NCBI GenBank assembly: GCA_022561985.1
Contig: JADFQE010000002.1
Location: forward strand, 697 to 64,696
DNA: 64,000 nucleotides
Direction of reading: 5' to 3'
From: Chloroflexota bacterium
GTDB taxonomy: Bacteria > Chloroflexota > Dehalococcoidia > Lucifugimonadales > Australimonadaceae
Positions within the stretch are counted from its first letter, which is position 1. Each line of letters starts with the position of its first letter. Positions 45,881-52,784 of this stretch are shown piece after piece. The notes beneath the pieces are model-generated. The model worked only from the letters and a program-made list of their open reading frames with translations. It did no database searches and was not told where the DNA came from. The position numbers and the translations under genes were made by a program.

Positions 45881-47044
45881 CTATTTGCCGGAAGCGCGCG
45901 CGCCGATGTTCGCCCCCGACTCCTCGCCCTCGCCGTATCCCCATTTGTAGTCGAGGTTCTCGTAGGCCTCGGCCGGCATGAGGCTCTTGAGGCCGTGCTT
46001 GCCGAGCTCCTCCTCGAACTTCTCGCGGATCCAGAGCTCCTCGGCCGGGTACTCGATCTGGTTGCGGGCGCGGTCCTCGACATCCTCGCTCCAGCCCGAG
46101 AACTGCGGGAGCGGTGCGAGCGCGAGGTAGCGCGCCGGCGTCACGCTCACGTTGAAGTGCTGGTGGAACCAGCGGTCGGGCGGCGTGAACATGCTGCCCT
46201 CGTGCCACGGCGCGACGATCTTCTCCCCGCCCTCCGGCCACATGATGGAGTAGCCCTCCCCGGCGGGGATCACGATGACGCGGCCGGGGCCGTGACGGTG
46301 GCCCTTCTTGTAGGTGCCGGGCGGGAAGACCGACATGTGGCCGCCCATCTGGGAGTTGGGGAACGAGACGTCGACCACGTGGCCGCCGCCACCGCGGGCG
46401 CGGTGCGGGACGAGGTCCTCCCAGGCGCCCATGTCCGTGAAGAAGTTGCCGTACCAAGTCGCGCCGCGGCCCATGGCCGGCGCGCGCTTGGCGACCGCGT
46501 ACAGGTCGTCCCCCTTCGGCTGGAGCAGCTCCGGGTGGGCGTAGGAGTTGTTGAAGTAGAAGCCGGGGTCCGGCTCGAGCGACATGGCGACGGGCAGGTA
46601 GTTGTTGTGCAGCAGCCGCAGCGGCTGGTCCCCCCGGGCGTTGGCGAACTGCCGGTAGCTGCCCCGGGGGATCAGGAAGAGCGAGCGCGGGCCGAACTCG
46701 AAGCTATGCTTCGCCACGCCCTCGGCCCAGACGGTGGCGATGCCCCACCCGCTCACGGTGTAGATCACCTCGTCCAGCGCGAACCGCATCGGGGGCACCG
46801 ACGCCTTGGGCGCGATCTCGGTGATGCGCGCCTCGGCAACGCCCTCCATGCCGGAGAGCTGGACGAACGCGGCGTCACACTCCCGCTCGCCCCAAGGCGC
46901 CACCTCGATGGTCTTGAGGTCCTCGATGAAGTAGCCGCGGTGGACCGGCACGCCCTGGGCCTCCATCCATCGGTCGTACACGTACTTCCCGTCCCCGGCG
47001 CCGCCGCGGGCGATCTGGTCCTGCGCGTCCGCTTGCTGAGTCAA
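45881..47044 (-). CDS. Bicupin protein, paralog P4 (closest to P1)
   Basis: 387 aa. The proposed TTG start at 47044 is preceded by AGGAG 8 nt upstream. It contains YVYDRWMEAQGVPVHRGY.., KKGHRHGPGRVIVIPAGEGY and DRWFHQHFN. The 671-aa ORF extension upstream is Arg/Pro-rich junk. Confidence 0.75.
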   Translation of the reverse strand: MTQQADAQDQIARGGAGDGKYVYDRWMEAQGVPVHRGYFIEDLKTIEVAPWGERECDAAFVQLSGMEGVAEARITEIAPKASVPPMRFALDEVIYTVSGWGIATVWAEGVAKHSFEFGPRSLFLIPRGSYRQFANARGDQPLRLLHNNYLPVAMSLEPDPGFYFNNSYAHPELLQPKGDDLYAVAKRAPAMGRGATWYGNFFTDMGAWEDLVPHRARGGGGHVVDVSFPNSQMGGHMSVFPPGTYKKGHRHGPGRVIVIPAGEGYSIMWPEGGEKIVAPWHEGSMFTPPDRWFHQHFNVSVTPARYLALAPLPQFSGWSEDVEDRARNQIEYPAEELWIREKFEEELGKHGLKSLMPAEAYENLDYKWGYGEGEESGANIGARASGK

Positions 47045-47151
47045 CGTTGTTGCTCCTGAGCCTCGATTCGCCCGCCTAGGATAGCGGATGGCCAGGCACC
47101 GCGTGGTGCTTTGCTTTAACAGGGCGCTCGCTGCCGCGACGGGGCACCCGC

Positions 47152-48273
47152 TCACGGCTGGAAGGCGGAGAGCTGCAGCAACGGCTCGGTCAGCGTGCTG
47201 CGCCCCGAATCTCGCCACACCTGAACCGTGTACACGCCGGGCTCGCGCGCCAGCGCGCCGAGGTCCGCGCGCAGCTCGAAGCCGAGCGCCGTCTCGCTCC
47301 AACCGCTGGCGACGACCTCGCCGGCGCCTAAGTCCGGGTAGAAGCGGCCTGCGCCGGGGGGCGCGAGCACGCGGATGGCCGGCTCGACGCATTCGGTGGT
47401 GAACCCGCCGCCCACGCAGTAGCGGTCCAGGGTGCCGATCTCGGCCGGGGAGCGAGCCACCGGCGTGGGGTCGTAGTAGACCGACACGACGTTCGCGATC
47501 TCGATGCCGGGGACGCGCTTCCTCAGCGAGAGCGAGAGCACGCCCGCACTCGTCAGCCCGAGGCCGCTCCCCTCGACGTCGCCTCCCTCGAAGTGCTGCG
47601 TGAAGGTCACCAGCCGCCCGTTCCAGGCGATCCCAAGGCTCACGGCCCGGTGCGTCTCGCGCAGGATGTTGTCCCGGTGGCCCCAGTCCGCGTGGGCGTC
47701 GTCGTACATCATGCCCCACTGGGCCTCCCGGACCGCCACGTCGGGGACCGGGAGCGCGCACGAGACCAGGAGTGCGTCGCAGCGGCTCTGCCGCCAACGC
47801 TGCGACGTCCAGCCGTCGAAGGCGGCGTTCTCGGCGGCGTAGCTCGTGCCGCCGGTCTGCGTGTAGACCATGTACGGCTTGCGGCCGTCGACCCACCAGT
47901 GTCCGAGGTACTCGTGCTCGAGCATGTCCTCGGCGTGGAGCTGGGCCGCCGGGTTCGAGCCCATCGCCACGGGAGGGAGGCCGTGGTCGGCCCGGTCGCG
48001 GTTGATGAGATCAAGCGCGAAGATGCGCAGCTCGTCCAGCTCCGGGCCCGTGAGGAGCTGCCCTCCGCCGAGGGTGCCGGAAGCGCCGGTGCCGGAAACT
48101 CCCGGTGGCGGTGGCGATGTCTCCTTCGCGGGATCGAGGGTCCAGATGCTGCGCGCGGTCGCGAGGAGGCGGACGAGCGGCTCCTGGACGGGGAGGGGGA
48201 GCAGCGGCACCCACAGCACCAGGGCTATCCCACCCAGGACGAGCACCGCGATCCCATTCAGGAGCTTCTTCAT
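47152..48273 (-). CDS. Membrane-anchored CAP/SCP/PR-1-like domain protein
   Basis: 373 aa from MKKLLNGIAVLVLGGIALVLWV.. (N-terminal TM anchor). It contains ..LINRDRADHGLPPV.., ..GHWWVDG.. and ..GHRDNIL.. Confidence 0.65.
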   Translation of the reverse strand: MKKLLNGIAVLVLGGIALVLWVPLLPLPVQEPLVRLLATARSIWTLDPAKETSPPPPGVSGTGASGTLGGGQLLTGPELDELRIFALDLINRDRADHGLPPVAMGSNPAAQLHAEDMLEHEYLGHWWVDGRKPYMVYTQTGGTSYAAENAAFDGWTSQRWRQSRCDALLVSCALPVPDVAVREAQWGMMYDDAHADWGHRDNILRETHRAVSLGIAWNGRLVTFTQHFEGGDVEGSGLGLTSAGVLSLSLRKRVPGIEIANVVSVYYDPTPVARSPAEIGTLDRYCVGGGFTTECVEPAIRVLAPPGAGRFYPDLGAGEVVASGWSETALGFELRADLGALAREPGVYTVQVWRDSGRSTLTEPLLQLSAFQP

Positions 48274-48609
48274 AGACGAACTCGGGCGGCACGCTCGGCG
48301 GGCGGTATGCTGCTGCTCCCGAGCGGGGCTCAAGAAGCGCAGTGTATCGAAGGATAGCTCGCCATGGCGCCGTCGGTTGTCGCTGCGCCCTTCGCCGATG
48401 ACGAGCCACCTCCGCCCGGAACGCGGTATGCTACCGCTACCGCGCTGAGACGCCGTCGTCCTGCCGGCGGCGTCCTGCCCACGATGCCCTGATTCAGTGC
48501 CGCAGGCTGGGATCGAGGCGTCGTCTGCCGGCCGGGCGGGCGCGATCGAACCCGAGGAACCTCGTGGCGGGTGCAAATCCAAAGGGCGGGACGAACGGAG
48601 GGTGAGCAC

Positions 48610-48897
48610 ATGGCAGAGCTGAACCAGGAGGTCCCGCGGCTGCGGGTCGGTACCGAGTGGATGGACCTGACCCTCGAGGCGGGGCCCTACATCGTGGTCA
48701 CCGTCCGCGGCTATTCGGCCGCACTCGCGGTCCGCGATGCGTCCGGGGCCTCCTTCGAGCTGCTGGCGGGCGCAGGCTCCATCTGCACGGGCATCGAGCT
48801 CCTCCGCGAGGAGAACGAGGGCGAGTACGAAGGGGTCCGTTTCAAGATCCGGCGGGAGAGCGCGGAGCGAACGGCACGATACGAGATCGAGGGCTGA
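48610..48897 (+). CDS. Hypothetical protein (95 aa)
   Basis: The ATG is preceded by GGAGGG. No recognisable domain. Confidence 0.4.
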   Translation: MAELNQEVPRLRVGTEWMDLTLEAGPYIVVTVRGYSAALAVRDASGASFELLAGAGSICTGIELLREENEGEYEGVRFKIRRESAERTARYEIEG

Positions 48898-48919
48898 GCG
48901 TCCTCAGGCGAGGAGAGGC

Positions 48920-49132
48920 ATGACGACCAACGTTCTGTTCGACGGGAAGATGCAGGAGCTGATCGCGGCGGTCCAGGAGCTCGATGAGAAGACGGCGGCC
49001 TTCAAGGCTTTCGTGCAGCCATCGTTCGAGCTTGGCGACTTCCACACCCACTACGACCCGGTCACGGACGCCGCCAAGGCCGTCCACGACGTCTACCACG
49101 AGCTGCTCCACCTCCACGGGCACGATCACTAG
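48920..49132 (+). CDS. Small hypothetical protein with a His-rich C-terminus (70 aa)
   Basis: The ATG is preceded by AGGAGAGG. The tail is ..HDVYHELLHLHGHDH. Confidence 0.45.
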   Translation: MTTNVLFDGKMQELIAAVQELDEKTAAFKAFVQPSFELGDFHTHYDPVTDAAKAVHDVYHELLHLHGHDH

Positions 49133-49137
49133 AAGGC

Positions 49138-49174
49138 CCCTCGCCCACGCCACGAGAGACCCGTCGGGCGAGGG
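49138..49174. terminator. Bidirectional hairpin between convergent genes
   Basis: CCCTCGCCC-(19 nt)-GGGCGAGGG, a perfect 9-bp stem. Confidence 0.5.
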
Positions 49175-49194
49175 TCAGGCGCCGGCCGGGCCGC

Positions 49195-49416
49195 TCAGCG
49201 GGCCGGGAATCCCGCGCGCGCCAACTGCTCCCTCGCCTCGTCCGGCGACATGCGCTCGATGTCCAGCGTGAGTTTCACGACCTGGGTCTTATGGTCGGCC
49301 GTTACCCTTTCCACGCCCGGCAGACCGCCGAGCTCGCGCACGATGCGGTGCACTCAGCCCGCTCAGAAGATCGCTTTGTCGAGGACCGTCAGCTCGATCT
49401 CTTCTATGGTCGCCAT
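49195..49416 (-). CDS. HMA (CopZ/MerP-like heavy-metal-associated) domain protein with two in-frame TGA codons at the CxxC positions. It is a candidate UxxU selenoprotein, or alternatively a pseudogene.
   Basis: Manual translation gives MATIEEIELTVLDKAIF-TGA-AG-TGA-VHRIVRELGGLPGVERVTADHKTQVVKLTLDIERMSPDEAREQLARAGFPAR-stop. The TGA codons are at 49363-49365 and 49354-49356. A GC-rich hairpin with a GGUCU loop lies at 49315-49333. The gene is not in the ORF track because each piece is under 60 aa. Confidence 0.45.
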
Positions 49417-49487
49417 GGCGGGTATCTTACGCGCATGACGGGAACCCCACGAACGCTAGGGCAGTGGGGTGCTTGGAGCCTCAGGCG

Positions 49488-52400
49488 CTAGCCGCCACGA
49501 CGCCGAGCCTCGTGGAGATCGGCGACGCACCGGCGAAGCTCCGCGGCGTCGACCGGCTTCGCCAGGGAGGGGCCGGGGGCCGAGGCCAGGAAGGCGAGCG
49601 TGTCGCTGCTCACCGTGTCGCCGGTCACGAAGATGAACCGGCGGGCCATATCCGGGTCCGTTTCTTCCGCGAGCTCATAGAGGGCTTGGCCGCCCATGCG
49701 CGGCATGCGGAGGTCCACCACGACGCAGTCGAAGGATGCGGACTGGAGGTGGTGCCACGCATCGGCGCCGTCGGAGGCCGTCTCGACGTCGTGATCGTCG
49801 CGCATCAGGGCCCTGGCCATGAATTCCCGCGCGGCGGGCTCATCGTCCACGACCAGGACCCGCATGCGCGGCGCGGGCTCGGGGTCGGGGGCCGGGACCG
49901 ACAGCTGCGGGTGCTCCCCGACCGCAACCGGCAGCTCGATAGTGAACGTTGCGCCTGCCCCGTCGCTACTCTCCGCCCAGAGCTTGCCACCGTGCTGACG
50001 GACGATACCCTGACAAACGCTCAGCCCGAGGCCCGTCCCCGCTCCGACCTCCTTGGTGGTGAAGAACGGCTCGAAGATCCTCCCCAATACCTCTGGAGAG
50101 ATGCCGGGGCCGTCGTCACTCACACGGATCTGCACCATCCCCTCGGATGCGCTGCAGCTCACCGTCACGACGCCGGGCCGGCTGGCCGCTGCGATCGCCT
50201 GCTCCGCGTTGCTCAGGATATTCAGCACGACCTGCACGAGCCGCTGCTCATCGCCCCAGACCGGGGGCAAACTCTGCGGAACCTCGATGCGCACCTCGAC
50301 TGCGCTCCGCCTCATGTCGTACGCCTTCAGGGCGCAGGCCCGCTCGATCACCGTCCGCAGGTCGACCGCCTCGCGGTCCGCGTCGGGGCTCCGCGCGAAG
50401 GAGAGCAGGTTCGCCACGATAGCCGCGGCCCGCTTGCCCTCGGCATAGATCTTCTCGATGTCGCTCCTCGCCTGGGGGGGGAGGTCCTGCTCCATCAGCA
50501 GCTGGGCGAAGCCAAGCACGCTATTGAGCGGGTTGTTGATCTCGTGGGCCACGCCGGCGGCCAGCTCGCCGATGGATGCGAGGTGCCGCGTGCGCTCGAG
50601 GCGCTCCGCCTGGGCCTCGTGAAGCATCCGCTCCGCTTTTTTGCGCTCGGTGATGTCCTCGACCATGCGGAAGATGCGCTTCACCGGGCCTGCCTGGCTG
50701 GGAACGGCAGTGATGGTGATATCCACCGAAACGACAGCACCGCTGCTGTGCGCGAGCTGCTGCTCGAAGCGCAGCACGTCGATCTCGCCACTGGCAAGGC
50801 GCCTGAAGGCATCGACGCTCCCCGTTATGGTGCGGCCGACCCTGAGATCACGTAGCCTCAATCCACGCAGCTCCTCTCCGCTGCGGCCAAGCATCTTCTC
50901 CAGCGCTGGGTTCGTCTGGAGGATGAGCCCTGATTCCCCGGACACCGCTATACCGACGGGGGCGGATTCGAAGAGAGCCCGGTATTGTTCCTCGCTCTGC
51001 CGAAGCGCCTCTTCGACCCGTTCCTGCTCGGTAACGTCCTCCATGATGCGCATGACACAGACGAGCCGCCCGTTCGTATCGCGGACGGCGGAAGCCGTCA
51101 CCTTGGCCCGGATCGTCGTCCCGTCGCCCCGCAGGTAGTCCCTCGTGAACTGCACCGTGTCGAGCTCTCCGGCTGCCATGCGGGTGTGCATCCGGTGTCC
51201 GGGCCGGGACTCCACGTCCTCGGCGTCCCACCCCGTATCGAGGATCTGTGCCCCCACCAGATCCTCTTCCGTGCGGCCGAGCATGCTGGCCAGCGCCGCA
51301 TTCACGTGCAGCACCTTCCGGTCTCCATCGGAGATCGCGATGCCAACCGGGGCGGCCTCGAACAGGATGCGGTACCGCTCCTCGGAATCCCGGAGCGCTT
51401 CGGCCGCCGCCTTCCGCTCCGTGACGTCCTGGTGCACCGAGACCCACACCGACCCGTGCTCGATGTGCTCGAAAGGCGACACGGAGGCGTGGGACCAGAA
51501 GGGAGTGCCGTCCTTCTTGACGTTGCGGATCTCGCCCTCCCAGGAGCCCTTCGCGTTGAGGGCCGCGACGATCTCCTGGGCTGTCTCCTCGGGGCTCTTC
51601 TCGCCGGGGGCGTTGACCACGGAGACGTGCTTGCCGATGAGCTCGCCCGCGTCGTAGCCGAACATCTCCTCGAACCGCTCGTTGGCGTAGACGATGACGC
51701 CGTCCCTGGCCCGGATCAACTGGACGCCCTCCGCCATGTTCGTCACGATCCCGGCGAGCAGATGCTCGGCGTCCTGGCGCCGGTTGCGGGCGGTGACGTC
51801 GCGGGCCACGCCGATGAACCCGGAGCCTTCGTCATCGGGCAGCTCGCCCACCGAGAGCTCCATCGCGAACGTCGATCCGTCCTTCCGGCGCCCGCGGACC
51901 TCCCGCCCGATGCCGATGATCTTCGGGATGCCGGTCCGCGCGTAGTTCTCGAGGTAGCTCCCGTGCTCTGCGCGATAGGGCTCCGGCATGAGCACGTTGA
52001 CGTTCTTGCCGAGCACCTCGGACCGGGTGTAGCCGAAGAGGTGCTCCGCAGACGGGTTGAGGTACGTGAGCCGGCCCCGCCGGTCGATGGTGAGCACCGC
52101 GTCGACCATGCTGCCGAGGGCTGCTGCGAGCCGCTCGTCGCTCCGCCAAACCACTCCCTGGAGCCTGCGCCGCTCGAGCAGCTCGCTTTCCAGGCGCGCC
52201 CGGACATCCCGCAGGTGTCCGACCGCCAGCGCCACTCCGGCAAGCGTCACGGTGCTCAGTGCGCCGCCATGGACAAGCCACCAGGCGAGGCCCTCCTCCA
52301 CGAACGCCGTCACGAGCAGCAGGTTCAACAGGAAGCCCAGCAGACTCGCGAGCAGCCCAGCACGGGCTCCGAAGCTCCAGGCGGCCAGCAAGGCCGGCAC

Positions 52401-52544
52401 GGTCACCGCGATCAGGACCGAGCCGCCGACGATGGGGCGCAGCATGAGGACGGCGGCGACGTACACGACCGTCGCGCCCAGCACCGCCGCGAGCTTCGCG
52501 TGCGAATACGTATCACGAACGGCGAAGAAACGCTGGACATCCAT
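49488..52544 (-). CDS. Multi-PAS hybrid sensor histidine kinase with a C-terminal receiver domain
   Basis: 1018 aa from MDVQRFF.. It has N-terminal TM helices and several PAS modules. The HisKA H-box is ELAAGVAHEINNPLN. The HATPase_c G-boxes are ..DDGPGI.. and ..GTGLGLS.. The receiver reads RVLVVDDEP...VVDLRMPRMGG. Confidence 0.85.
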   Translation of the reverse strand: MDVQRFFAVRDTYSHAKLAAVLGATVVYVAAVLMLRPIVGGSVLIAVTVPALLAAWSFGARAGLLASLLGFLLNLLLVTAFVEEGLAWWLVHGGALSTVTLAGVALAVGHLRDVRARLESELLERRRLQGVVWRSDERLAAALGSMVDAVLTIDRRGRLTYLNPSAEHLFGYTRSEVLGKNVNVLMPEPYRAEHGSYLENYARTGIPKIIGIGREVRGRRKDGSTFAMELSVGELPDDEGSGFIGVARDVTARNRRQDAEHLLAGIVTNMAEGVQLIRARDGVIVYANERFEEMFGYDAGELIGKHVSVVNAPGEKSPEETAQEIVAALNAKGSWEGEIRNVKKDGTPFWSHASVSPFEHIEHGSVWVSVHQDVTERKAAAEALRDSEERYRILFEAAPVGIAISDGDRKVLHVNAALASMLGRTEEDLVGAQILDTGWDAEDVESRPGHRMHTRMAAGELDTVQFTRDYLRGDGTTIRAKVTASAVRDTNGRLVCVMRIMEDVTEQERVEEALRQSEEQYRALFESAPVGIAVSGESGLILQTNPALEKMLGRSGEELRGLRLRDLRVGRTITGSVDAFRRLASGEIDVLRFEQQLAHSSGAVVSVDITITAVPSQAGPVKRIFRMVEDITERKKAERMLHEAQAERLERTRHLASIGELAAGVAHEINNPLNSVLGFAQLLMEQDLPPQARSDIEKIYAEGKRAAAIVANLLSFARSPDADREAVDLRTVIERACALKAYDMRRSAVEVRIEVPQSLPPVWGDEQRLVQVVLNILSNAEQAIAAASRPGVVTVSCSASEGMVQIRVSDDGPGISPEVLGRIFEPFFTTKEVGAGTGLGLSVCQGIVRQHGGKLWAESSDGAGATFTIELPVAVGEHPQLSVPAPDPEPAPRMRVLVVDDEPAAREFMARALMRDDHDVETASDGADAWHHLQSASFDCVVVDLRMPRMGGQALYELAEETDPDMARRFIFVTGDTVSSDTLAFLASAPGPSLAKPVDAAELRRCVADLHEARRRGG

Positions 52545-52725
52545 CCGTGCACCCCTCTTCGGTGGAGGTCGTGCCCCTCCTACCCGGTACCCGTAAACGG
52601 CGCGCCCGGGCACACGCCCATAGAGTCTCGTAGCGAGCCGCTCGGCACGCATCAGCCAAAGGGATGATTCCCTGAAGGCTGGCAACGCCAGCCAGCCAGC
52701 TTTTGGAGTACCGGCCAGCTCCAGA

Positions 52726-52754
52726 TTGACGGGCCGTTACCCTTCCGCTAGCGT
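52726..52754 (+). promoter_or_regulatory. Candidate promoter for the ELWxxDGT-repeat gene (TTGACG-N17-TAGCGT)
   Basis: The hexamers are at 52726-52731 and 52749-52754, about 30 nt upstream of the ATG at 52785. Confidence 0.3.
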
Positions 52755-52784
52755 AGCCGTCCGACGGGCCTTCCTCCTCCCACC

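Noticed and set aside
48570-48600. A tRNA-like T-loop (GGTGCAAATCC).
   Set aside because: The flanking bases do not form a T-stem, and no acceptor, D or anticodon arms can be drawn.
48274-48609. A riboswitch or ncRNA in the 336-bp gap upstream of 48610. The gap has fragments resembling TPP (CTGAGA ... CCTGAT ... GGGA) and cobalamin (GAGGAA ... GGTGCAAATCC) elements.
   Set aside because: Key invariant parts are missing: there is no GCCACTG B12 box and no ACCUGAUCUGGAUAAUGCCAGCG-type TPP P4/P5. The downstream gene is an unrelated 95-aa hypothetical. A covariance-model scan (Rfam/Infernal) would be needed to revisit this.
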